Source of the DNA: Takakia lepidozioides
Taxonomy: Eukaryota; Plantae; Bryophyta
Direction of reading: 5' to 3'
DNA length: 64,000 nt
NCBI GenBank assembly: GCA_030704615.1
Contig: CM060732.1
Span: 2,480,001-2,544,000 of the forward strand
The notes beneath the pieces were generated by a model, which saw only the letters and a list, made by a program, of their open reading frames with translations, had not been told where the DNA came from and searched no databases. The position numbers were made by a program, and so were the translations under genes. Below are positions 22,640 through 33,975 of the stretch, in pieces (position 1 is the stretch's first letter; every line of letters begins with the position of its first letter).

Positions 22640-25600
22640 TCAACGCTTCTTCCGCTTTCGAAAAGGTCGCCCTTCGAAAACTGCAACCGCCTCGGATGCG
22701 TTTCCCATTTCTGAGGCACGCACCCAAGATGCCTCCACATGATGATAGCCCTTCCATTTGACGAGATACTCCGTTTCTTGGTTCTTGAACCTCCTCGACT
22801 TAAGTACTGCCTCCACCTCGTACTCAGGTTCATTTTCATGATCCAACAGCACAGGTGGCGGACGCAACACTTGATGCGGATTCGGACGCGCTTCATCTTT
22901 GAAGTAAGGCTTCAAAAGGGAGACGTGAAATACTGGATGCACCTTGCTGTTTGCCGGCAGCTCCAATTCATACACATCCTCATTCATAACCTTCCGGATG
23001 CGAAAGGGTCCCGCATACGGAGGTACGAACTTTGGACTCACTTCCGGAGGTAGTCGGAAATTCTTGATGTTCAACCAGACCTCCGTGCCTGCCTCAAACT
23101 TCACTTCCCTCCGCTTCCGATTCGCCTGCCTTTCATACCGTTTCCTAGCTTTGGCAATGTTGTACTTTGCGAGCTTCAACAAACGCTCGCGTTCTTCTAG
23201 TACCGCCGCTACTGCCGGTTCCTCAACGTCCTGGGCGGCCCAACTTGTCGGCACCAGAGGTGCTTTTCCATAGACCAATACAAAAGGGGAAACTCCCGTT
23301 GCGGAGTGTTCTGTGTTATTATAACAGAACTGTGCCGCGTCTAAGTGTTCCACCCAGTCTGTTTGGTCTGCCGACACGTAATTCCGCAAGATCTGCTTCA
23401 CTACGGAATTCACTCTTTCTGTTTGGCCGTCGGTCGTAGGTCGGAAGGCGGTGCTCATCTTCAGCCTCATCCCCATCTTCTTCCAAAGTGCCCTCCAAAA
23501 TTTACTCGTAAACTTTGGATCGCTGTCCGAGACAATATCCTTTGGGACTCCATGATGCTTTAAGACGTGGGCGAAGTAAAGTCGCCCTGTTTCCTGCGCC
23601 GTTGCCGTCTCCTTGGTGGGGATGAAATGACCCATTTTACTGAACCTATCCACCACCACCATGATTGCATCGAATCCTTTTGATAGCGGCATAGCAGTCA
23701 TGAAATCCATCGAGACGCTTTCCCAAGTCCCCTCTGGAATCGGCAAGGGTTGTAACAGCCCCGCTTGTTTTTTGTACTCGCTCCGGTTTTGTTGGCATGT
23801 GGTGCATGTCTTGACATACTCCTCTGCCTCCTCCCTCAGTTTGGGCCAGAAATACTCTTTCTTCAAGAGTGCCGCAGTGCGTTTGGCTCCGCCGTGGCCC
23901 GCAAGCGGGCTATCATGGCATTCTCTTAAGAGGCTATCTCTGATCCCTCCCTTCGACATGTAGAGATGCTTTTGCTTATACCGGAGCAGTCCATTTTGCA
24001 AGTGGAACTGCGATTTAACCCCCATCCTCAAGTCCTGCATCACGGACTTCGCCAGCTCATCCTTCCGGCAAGCCTTCCGGATCTTCCTTTGGAGCGCCGT
24101 CTCGCCCTTGTACACCAACAAGAGCTGCTGCTTTCTACTTAAAAGCATCGGCTACCACGTTGTCTCGTCCCGGTTTATACTGGATATCCACGTCGAACAC
24201 TGCCAAAGTATCTTGCCACCTAAGTTGTTTTGGGGACAACTTGGGCTGCGTGGCAAAATACTTTACCGTGACATTGTCCGTGAACACCTTCACTGGGTTG
24301 GAACCAACATAGTGGCGCCAAAGCTCAAGACAGTGCACCACCGCCTTCATCTCTTTCTCGTGCGTCGGCCACCGTCGCTCCACTTCATTCAATTTCTTAC
24401 TTTCGTAAGCCACTGGATGTCCATCTTGCATCAGTACACCCCCAATCGCAAAGTCCGACGCATCTGTATGTATCTCGAACGGACGATCGAACTCCGGGAT
24501 TTTCAAGACTGGAGCTTCCACCATCCGCTGCTTCAATTCAGCAAAAGCTTGGCCACACAAGGTGTTCCATACCCAGACTTTGGATTTACACAGAAGGTCT
24601 GACAACGGCCCCGCGATCTTGGCGAAATTTCTCACATACTTCCAGTAATAGGAGGCGAGTCCTAGGAAGGATCGCACTCCCGGGACCGAAGTCGGAGGCT
24701 CCCAGTCCAAGATCGCCCTCACCTTTCTGTCATCCATTTTGATCCCATCCTGTGTAATCACATGCCCCAGGAACTCCACTCTTGTGACCCCGAATTTGCA
24801 CTTTGAAGCTTTGGCATACAGCTTCCCTTCTCGCAATTTTTGGAACACCCTTTTCAGGTGCTCCAGGTGCTCCTCCTTTGTTTTCGAGTACACCAAGATG
24901 TCGTCGATGTACACGATCACAAAGTCATCCAACCACTCCTGAAAAGGCTGTTCATCAGCGTGCTAAATGTCGCTGGTGCATTGGTGAGCCAAAAAGGCAT
25001 CACCAAGAACTCATATGAACCATACCTTGTCCTGCACGCAGTCTTCTCCTCATCTCCTTCCGCCACCCGAATTTGATGATAGCCGGAGCGCAAGTCGAGA
25101 CGGCTGAAATACTTCGCTCCTGCCAACCGGTCAAAGAGGTCATCGATCCTTGGCAAAGGGTACCGGTTTTTGATAGTCACCTTATTAAGAGCCCTGTAAT
25201 CGACACACATCCGCAGCGTCCCATCCTTTTTATCTGCAAATAGCACCGGGGCTCCGTAAGGTGACTTACTCGGCCGGATGTACCCCTTTGACATTAGATC
25301 TTTGAGCTGAGTCTTCAGCTCGACCAACTCTCTATGGCTCAACCGGTAGGGCGCCTTGGCAGGCGGTTCCGATCCCGGTATCACCTCAATCTTGTGGTCA
25401 ACTCCTCTTCGCGGTGGCAAACCGCTTGGTAAATCCTCCGGCATCACATCCTGGTATTTCTCCAAAATCCCCTTGATCCAATCTGGGCTCGGCTCCCCAT
25501 CGCCTTCTCCCTTCACTTCTCTAATGTAGAGCAAAAATTGGGGCTCGTGTGCCTCCTCCACGGCCCACTCCCTTGCTGACAGAAGGTTTATTCGCCCTCC

Positions 25601-27197
25601 CACGGGTTTGGGCGTTTCCGACACTCGTAAGACCTCGCCACCATTCCCACATGGCAGTGTGACTACTCTCTTGCGGCCATCTATGACCGCTCCGGATTTG
25701 CTCAAAAAGGTCATCCCCAAAATGAGATCCACTCCATCGATTTCGCAGATGGTGAAGTTCTCACGTCCCTCCCAACTCCCCAGTTGAAGAGGAACATCAA
25801 ACGCCAACCTTGTCGCCAACTGTGGTTCTCCTTTGGCAGAACGCACCTCAATAGAGGCCCCCACGTCACTCGTCGGGAGTCCCAGCTTTTGTGCCGTTGC
25901 CGGTGTCATGAAGGAGTGCGACGCTCCTGTGTCCACCAACAACGATACATTAGTTCTGGATATTATCCCATCCACGAACAATAACTGACTCCCTTTACGT
26001 AAGGCGCCAGTTTCCTGATACAACTCACAAGAAAATTTGCCTACCTTGCAAGTCCTGGCGACCACCGCTTCCACCAAGCGACTGATGGTATCTTCCGACA
26101 GCTCTGTGGTCGCCCGAGTCATGTTCAATTGTCGGGGCTTCGTGCACTTCTTGGCCATGTGCCCGGGCTCCCCACAATTGAAACACACTCCATCAAAGGT
26201 TGCCTTCTGTCCGCCATAGGCCGTTCCACCCACTTTTCCTTTCGAACCGGGTGCCGCCTTGACTTGTGATGGCCCTCCCTTCGATTTCCATGTGCCATTG
26301 TCGCCGCGTGGCCTATCCCACTTCTTTTCCGGTCGGAAGGAGTCACCTTCCCGCCGGGTCTTCTTGTGGTTCAGCTCCGTACGGCCTTGTCTTTCACCCC
26401 TAGGGACATCCGAGAAACATTCAGCCCTCTCAATTGCCTCGTTCAAAGGCTTGGGTGGCTTCTCCTCCAACTTCCGCCTAGCCCATGGGGCCAGTCCCGC
26501 CACAAAGTTGAAGACCATTTTTGGTTCTGCCATGTCCGCGACTTCGAGCAACAACACATTGAAAGCCTGGACATACCCCCGAATGTCATCTGTTTGCTTC
26601 AAATTCCTCATCTTGTCCCGGGCAAGCCAGGACGCGTTGAGGGGCACAAACTGTCTCTTCATCAATTCCTTGAACCCACTCCAGTTCAAGGTTTCCGGGC
26701 TTGGACCTCGGTCGTGAAGGCGTTTCTGCCACCATTGTTGAGCATAGCCCCTCAAGTAGGTGGGAGCCACTTCCACCCGATCCTCGTCACTCGGCCGCCC
26801 GGAAGTACTGCTCTAGCTCCAGGAGCCAGGTGTTGAGTGCCTTCCGATTTCGGACGCCCTCGAAGGTGCCGGGTTCCTTAGGCTTCACCTTAAACTTTGC
26901 CTTAGTGGAAGTGGCATTAGCCGCCTTCAACACGTCTTTCAACGTCCCGCCAAACTGCGCCAACAACCCTTCCCAAAAGGCTGCCGGCATGGGAGGCATC
27001 TCTTGGTTTGTCGGAGCTCTCAAGGATTCCTCGGGCTCCAACTCCTCAGATTCCTCCCGCTCTTGAGCGGCCTCGTTTTCAGAAACATGCATCGCTTCCT
27101 CAAACGGCCGCCTCGGTGACACGTCGCCCCCATCGGGCTCACCAGGATCATCATCTTTTGGGCCGTTCCGCTTTCGCTTCGGCTTGCCCGACCCCAT
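22640..27197 (-). pseudogene. gag-pol polyprotein with chromodomain, 3 frameshifts
   Basis: [14 protein letters not shown] knuckle; LVDTGAS protease; YIDDILVYS RT; TDASDFAIGGVL RNase H; HHCC/DDE integrase with GPF motif; YEVEAVL...YLVKWKGY chromodomain. Split over four ORFs. Confidence 0.95.
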
Positions 27198-27238
27198 GAT
27201 GAGGCCAATCCCAAGGACGATCGCGTACTGAACTCTAA

Positions 27239-27250
27239 GCTCTGATACCA
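27239..27250 (-). other. Primer-binding site (tRNA-iMet)
   Basis: TGGTATCAGAGC, 2 nt inside the 5' LTR end. Confidence 0.92.
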
Positions 27251-27252
27251 AG

Positions 27253-27980
27253 TGTCGCGCACCTCACTTCGGTAAGCTCCCCTCAAGTCATAGTTACTCG
27301 CTTTGATGCGCGTGCCTGACTCCCAACCTGGCCGCCGAGCAAACTTGGAGCTTCGGCTGCTCACCGGGGCATAACGGTCCCCCCTTTGTTCTCCCAAAGA
27401 ACCCTCCACCAATTTGGAACCAGCGGGAATTCCCTTTGGTAGTTGGCAGTCCGAAATAGCTCCCCACTCTTTGGTCGCTTTCCGGCTCGCTCGCTTACTC
27501 ACTAGTTTTTGGTCACCAACGGGCTTGCACCGTTCTCGGGGTTACTACTCCCTATATATAATTCTGTAGCTGTCCGCGGGGGTTTCACAACCAGCCATGC
27601 CATTTTATGGCGAACCACCACGAAAACCCTCGACTCCCGGTGATGAGTCGCGGTGAGTCTTGGCCCACTCACCACGGCCCCTATGGACCGTGATGAGTCC
27701 CAAGACTCCCCATGACTCCCACCACGAGGTCTCCGCCCCCATGGTGAGTCCTATGCCACCCCCACTAAGTCCCGCTAAGCTACCACCACCCCTTGTGGAG
27801 CCACCCCCACCGCAACCCGGTGTGCGGGGCTCCACCTAGTGAGCGCCTCCGCTTCCCTGAGTGCCTTGGGCACTCAAGGGTGCTTCAGCCCCCCCATACC
27901 TATCGCTGCCGCTGCCCCCACCACAGGGGCAGCCCCACATGTGTCCCAACCCCCTGCCCTCAAGGCAAAGGGCCGCGACA
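27253..27980 (-). repeat. 5' LTR
   Basis: TG..CA termini, adjacent PBS, internal TATATA. Confidence 0.95.
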
Positions 27981-28149
27981 TTCATCCATTGGGTAAGTTC
28001 ATTCATCAATGATCAAAGTGCAAAAGATTAAAACAATTCAAAATATAGGGTTGCCCATTAGGGTGGCCGTTAACAGAGGGTTGGGACTTGGCCTCCTTTG
28101 GGCTTTTTTTTTGTCTCACGCCACACCATATGTTTTCTAAGTATCCACG

Positions 28150-28650
28150 AGCCTAGAGCATGGAACGCGATGATCGCTGGATGTGCAGGGGCGTGGGATG
28201 GAGGCTTTGCCTATTTTTGAGCAAATGATGCAGGAAGGGGCGGGGATAGGCACAGCGTGGAGGTGGTATAGAGGCTTCAGAGACGTATAGCAAGTAATGC
28301 GGGAAGGGGTGAAGCCGGACCGGGTCATGTTCGTTTGTGTTTGCAATGCGTGTGCGAGCATGGCAGCCCTAGGAAAGGGTAAAAGGTCCATGGTGCCATT
28401 GTCAAATTTGGAATTGTTCCCGATGTCATTCTGAACAATACCCTCGTGGACAATGTGGCAGTATTGAGGATACAAAGGGAGTGTTTGAGAATATGGCTGA
28501 ATGAAATGTCGTGTCCTAGAGTGTGATGATTGCGGGATATGCACAGCAGGGATGCGGGATGGAGGCATTGGAGACCTATGAGCAAATGATGTGGGAAGGG
28601 GTAAATGCAGACTTGGTCATGTTCGTTTGTAGATGCAATGCCTGTGCGAG
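28150..28650 (+). pseudogene. PLS-class PPR fragments
   Basis: WNAMIAG, MIAGYAQQGCGMEALETYEQMMWEGV, FVCVCNACAS. Heavily frameshifted. Confidence 0.88.
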
Positions 28651-29189
28651 CCCGATTCTTCTTCGACCTGTTTCAGCCTATTTCGCCCTCTCATCAGACT
28701 CGGCCCTGGATTGCTGGGTGGAGCAGAGCTGGCATGAGTTTTTTTACAAGACATTACGTTATTTCTTGAGCAGAGTTTGGAGTTCGTTGTTCCTCATCAT
28801 GTAGAGCCCAATGGAGCCCAAAACAACTTGCATGAATGTTCTTGAAAGCTCACTAGCACCCCTCAGTAAAGGACCATGTCAACATGTTGAGGCTGTTGGA
28901 TTTTTGATCACAAAACTCTACCTTGGAGCACGGAGCAGAGCTGGCATGAGTTTTTTAAAGATCCTTCACGATGGTGGGAGAACCGCAATCGCAAGGTTTG
29001 TCTTTTTCTCAATGTATGATGTGAAGAAGTTTGTCCATCCTGCAAATGTGGGCTCTTGGCTCCTGTTAGTACCATGATTTGGTATTCTTTATGATGTTTA
29101 CAAGGTTCTTGGGAGAGTCAGCTTGGTCTTAGCAGGCCGCGTTTCAATCTCTGCCCGCTCAGCTGCACTATGGTGAATGTCTGCTGGAA

Positions 29190-29890
29190 GCAGATGCAAG
29201 TCAGCATAGGGACTAGTGTGATAAGTAGGGTTGGGTTGTTTGCTGGAACAATTCTAGGCTGTCGTTGTCAGCTGCTAGCAGCAAGGCAAGGATATTGTAT
29301 GCATGATTTGTGCAGAGGCATGGATAGCTGAAGGAGCAAGGATAGAGTGTGGGTCCAGATTCATCCAAGAGGGCCGGATTTCAAGCTCTAGATTACCTAT
29401 GACTCCCTGTGGAAGGATAGCTACAAGAAACCTGCATGGGTAGATGGTCAACTGGAAGTCACAGCAGCAGTAGCGACACAATTGATAAAATTGGGCACTG
29501 CTACTCAAGGCACCTTCTTCAACACATTTCACCCTGTTTTTCCCTCTTATCAGAATTGGCCCTAAATTGGTGAGGGCACCATTTTCTTCAACCTATTTCA
29601 GTCTGTTTTGCCCTCTCACCATTAGGGTTGGGGTGTTTGCTAAAGAGGGCTGGATTTCAAGCACAAGAATACCTATGATTCCCTGTGGATCCATTACTAC
29701 AAGAAAACTGCATGGGTAGATGGTGAACTGGAAGCCGCAGTAGTAGCGACACAATTGATAAAATTAGGCACTGCTATTGAAGGCAACCTTCTTCGACACA
29801 TTTCACCTTGTTTTTCCCTCTTATCAAAATCGGCCCTATATTTTCATGTTGAATTTCTGTAAGTTACTGGTTGAGTGAACCTTTGATAGT
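29190..29890. repeat. Non-coding block duplicated at about 32655-33080 (partly also 30395-30490 and 63345-63410), each copy next to PPR pieces
   Basis: Shared GCAGATGCAA...TAGTGTGATAAGTAGGGTTGGG...CATGGGTAGATGGTCAACTGGAAG...CTGGTTGAGTGAACCTTTGATAGTTTG. Confidence 0.8.
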
Positions 29891-30400
29891 TTGCAATGCG
29901 TGGAGTGCGATGATTGCAGGATATGCACAACAAGGGCATGGGATGGAGGCTTTTGAGAACTATGAGCAAATGATGTGCGAAGGGGTGAAGCCCAACCACA
30001 ACACATTTGTTTGTGTTTGCAATGCGTGTGCAAGCCTGGGAGCTCTAGGAAAGGGGAAAGAGGTCCATGGTGACATCGTCAAAGCTGGAATTGTACCAGA
30101 TGTCATCCTAAACTGACATGTTTGCCAAATGTGGGTGCATTCAGGATGCGAAGGGAGTATTCCACACTCTGGCTGAACAAGATGTGGTGTCGTGGAACGC
30201 GATGCTTGCAGGGTATGCACAGCAGGGGCATGGGATGGAGGCTTTGGAGACCTATAAGAAAATGATGTGGGAAGGGTGAAGCCCGACCACATCAGGTTTG
30301 TGTGCGTTTGCAGTGCGTGTGCAATTCTGGCAGCCCTGGAAAAGGGCAAAGAGGTGCATGGTTGCATCGCCAAAGCTGGAATTGTACCAAATGTGATTCC
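29890..30400 (+). pseudogene. PLS-class PPR fragments
   Basis: WSAMIAGYAQQGHGMEAFENYEQMMCEGVKPNHNTFVCVCNACASLGALGKGKEVHGDIVKAG, then a second degenerate triplet. Confidence 0.9.
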
Positions 30401-30489
30401 CTGTGGATCAATAGCTACAAAAAACCTGCATGGGTAGATGGTCAACTAAAGGCTGCAGCTGCAGCGGCATAGTTGATAAAACCAGGCAC

Positions 30490-31375
30490 CTCAACCATGA
30501 CCACAACTTCTGAAAGAGGATTGTCCCATTCTCCTTCTGGTTCTGCAACTATTCTCTGCTTCAATGTTTCGATTATATGTCCCACTAGCTGATTGCATTG
30601 CAGGCAATGTAGATCCCAGTGCTCTCGTATGCCAAATCGTGCACATGTGAGTTTTGTGGGTATTTGGTTTGGGTTGATATTTCCCTCCCGTGTCGCAGTT
30701 CCTGACTTAGGTGATAGGAGTTCCTCCACATCTTCACATTTTTTTGTCACGGAATGCAGCAATCGCAATCGTAGCTCAATCATAACTGCTACACCCCATA
30801 CACTCTTCCTTTCATTTTGGGTGCTGCTTACACTCGACATTTCATGGGCTTGTTCTTCAGTGCTCGGCGAGCATTTTCCTCCTCCGTTGTTTCCAGTCGC
30901 ATCACCACCAACAGGGTATGATCTTAACTGTTTACCCATGTGATCTGCTCTCATGTAATCAGCCTCTTCACTGACCAGTGAGTAATGCCCCCGGTGTTCA
31001 TGCTCACTTCCAGGTAAGTCTTATTCCTTACCCTTGTTACCTCCCTTGTTTTCCTTCTTTTCAGGCAGACTTTGCCCATCAGTTTTTACCAAGTTCTGCC
31101 CTTGTCTCTCAGCCCCGTGATTTGCCCGTGTTTGTATAACCCCAACCAAAGGCAACCTTTCATTGGCCTGATTGTTAGCAGCAGCTGATTGTGGTCTTCT
31201 TGGCAGGGTTTCCCACAAGCTCCCCTCTCTTTCAGGCAGCCAGTTCTTAATCCTGCCTCTCCACTTTTCACAAGTGAAGTGCCTATTCTCTCTTTCTTCA
31301 TACTCCAGCCACTCAGGTAACCTTTTCTCCATTGGCTCGTTGCTTCCACACTTCCAGGCCTTGTTCATTTTTCTC
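30490..31375 (-). pseudogene. Probable retrotransposon gag-like fragment
   Basis: The 30442-30954 ORF contains CARFGIREHWDLHC, a degenerate CCHC-like knuckle. Coding-like composition upstream. Confidence 0.35.
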
Positions 31376-31409
31376 TAGCCATTGCCCTCATGTTGGACAA
31401 GGTCCACAA

Positions 31410-32552
31410 TGCCTCTTCTGGTTGCACTTCTGGGCATGTGAAGATGCTTTGCGGTAGGGAGACTGACAGAGGCTCTACAGACTTTAAACCAAAGAGGCAT
31501 TTCAGCAGATTCAGGTACGTATGTCTGTCTCTTGCTTAAGTGCATCAAGATGGAAGGTCTGGAAGCTGGAAAGCTGGTGCACACTCACATTATCCAAAGT
31601 GGATTCACGCCAATGTTTTTCTACTCAACACCTTTGTCTCCATGTATGTTAAGTGCGCGAGCATCATGGATGCTCACCAAGTGTTTGTTTGTGTTTGCAA
31701 TGCATGTGCAGGCATGGGAGCTCTGGAAAAGGGGAAAGAGGTCCATGGTGACATCGTCAAAGCTGGAATTGTACAAGATGTCATTCTGAACACTGCCCTG
31801 GTGGACATGTATGCCAAATGTGGGTGCATTAAGGATGCGAAGGGAGTTTCCAACACTATGGCTGAACATTTTGTGGTGTCGTGGAACGCGATGCTTGCAG
31901 GGTATGCATAGCAAGGACATGGTATGGAGGCTTTGGAGACCTATGATCAGATGATGGGGGAAGGGGTGAAGCCCACAAACCACATCACGTTTGTGTGCAT
32001 TTGCAATGCATCTACAAGCCTAGCAGCCCTGGAAAAGGGCAAAGAGGTCCATGGTGACATTTTCACAGCTGAATTGCACCCGATGTCATTTTGAACAATA
32101 CCCTGGTGGATATGTATGCAAAATGTGGGTGCATCGAGGATGCAAAGGGAGTGTGCGACAGTATGGCTGAACAAGATATGGTGTCATGTAATGCCATGCT
32201 TGCAGGAGATGCACAGCAGGGGCGCGAGATGGAGGCCTTGGAGACCTATGAGCAATTGATGGGGGAAGGGGTGAAGTGTAACCAGATCACGTTTGTGTGT
32301 GTTTGCAATGCTTGTGCAAGCCTGGCAGCCCTGGAAAAGGGCAAAGAGATCCATGGTGACATCATCAAATCTGGAATTACACCTGATGTCTTTTTGAACA
32401 CTGCCCTGGTGGACATGTATGCCAAATGTGGGTGCATTGAGGAAGCAAAGGGAGTGTTTGATAGTATGGCTGAACGACATGTGGTGTTGTGGAGTATGAT
32501 GATTGCAGGATATGCACAGCAAGGGCGCGGGATGGAGGCTTTGGAGACCTAG
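31410..32552 (+). pseudogene. PLS-class PPR gene remnant (N-terminal region plus about 3 P-L-S triplets)
   Basis: TYVCLLLKCIKMEGLEAGKLVHTHIIQSG; repeated NTALVDMYAKCGCIxxAKGV, VVSWNAMLAGYA, ITFVCVCNACASLAALEKGKEIH. Stops and frameshifts. Confidence 0.93.
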
Positions 32553-33099
32553 GGGCAAATGCCGAGGAGAAGCTGTGGAATGAATACTTTTCTAACCCAG
32601 TCAATGGTGGGACAATCGAGGCAAGAAGGTGAACGCCTGTTGGATTATAGAGAGTAGCAGATGCAATTGAGCATAGGAACTAGTGTGATAAGTAGGGTTG
32701 GGGTGTTTGCTGGAACAATTCTAGGTTGTCATCGTCAGCTGCTAGCAGCAAGGCGAGGATGTATGCATGATTTGTGCAGAGGCATGGATAGCTGAAGGAG
32801 CAGGGATAGAGTGTGGGTCCAGATTCATCCAAGAGGGCTGAATTTCATGCTCTAGATTACCAATGATCCCCTTTGGAAGGATAGCTACAAGAAACCTACA
32901 TGGACATATGGTCAACTGGAAACCGCAGTAGCAGCGACACAATTGCTCAAATCAGGCATTGTTAATCAAGGCATCTTCTTCAACACATTTCACCCTGTTT
33001 TTCCCTCTTATTAGAATCGGCCCTCAATTTTCATGTTGAATTCTGCAAGTTAGCTGGTTGAGTGAACCTTTGATAGTTTGGAGTGACTTTGACATGAAA

Positions 33100-33975
33100 C
33101 TGCCAATGTGACAACCTTGCAGTGGTACCTGCAGGATTGCGTTGCATGCTATGTGGTGTGTGACAAATGCGACCATGTTGGTGTGTGACAAATGCTCAAG
33201 GGGGTGGCACATGGGATGCTTGACACTGCCACTTGAGGAGGTTGATCCTATTGGAGAATGGTTGTATCCACGATGCCTTGGACATAGGTAGTGGGCATGA
33301 CAATGGTGGAGTTGACAAGTGATCCAAGTAATAGCTGGTGGGAGCTCAACGCAATGGATACTCAACTGAAAATCATGGATTGCAGGCAGGCGACTAACGA
33401 TTGGGCTCTCGTTGCACCCGGCCTCTTGATCCATACACTTTAGAAAATTGGGACATGTGCGATTGAAGACCAAGCGATGATCTTATTGAGATGGATACTT
33501 GTCAGCTATCCGGTGTTAGAGGGACCTAATCACCAGCTAGGGGGGCGATTGTGGCATAGCTCTCTAGGATTGTGTGCTTAGAATGTATGGTGGACAACAA
33601 TGTATGTTGTGGCACGATGCTTACGTGCACGACAGCTGTCATGGTTTTAGTCATGGTTAACTAGAATTACCTACTTCTAGTTAACTAGGACATTTTGGAT
33701 ATTTATATTTGTATTTTGTGTGTTGGGATTTTATTTGGTCTCACATGCCAAGTGAGGTATCAAACCTCACTTGGGACATGAGGATGGGTTTTCCCCTTGT
33801 GAGTGTTGAGGAGGGCTCATCTTCTTGTAGTTGAGCCTCCATGAGCCTCTCCCACCTCCATAGCTCTAGGTATTGAGTGGGAGTGTGGTATTGTGGCATA
33901 GCTTTCTAGGATTGTGTGCTTAGAATGTATGGTGGACAATTATGTATGTTGTGGCACGATGCTTAGGTGCACGAC
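33100..33975 (+). mobile_element. 3' end of a Ty3 element: PHD finger, 3' UTR, purine tract and partial LTR
   Basis: LRCMLCG, frameshift, then MLVCDKCSRGWHMGCLTLPLEEVDPIGEWLYPRCLGHR* (33143-33291). G-tract at about 33539-33546, then TGTGGCATAGC at 33550; about 85 bp is repeated at 33892. Confidence 0.65.

Larger units (their letters stand above)
21008..27980 (-). mobile_element. Full-length chromoviral Ty3/gypsy LTR retrotransposon
   Basis: LTRs 21008-21736 and 27253-27980 (TG..CA). TSD TTCAT (21003-21007 and 27981-27985). PBS TGGTATCAGAGC. Purine tract GGTAGGGG next to the 3' LTR. Domain order gag-PR-RT-RH-INT-chromo. Confidence 0.97.
20663..28135 (+). mobile_element. CACTA element left end (20663-21007, resuming at 27981), interrupted by the Ty3 insertion
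   Basis: Starts CACTACAAGAGA. ATGACTAC subterminal motifs. No matching right end was found. Confidence 0.65.

Noticed and set aside
31410-32552. Functional PPR gene
   Set aside because: Multiple stops, frameshifts and internal deletions; no contiguous E/DYW end.
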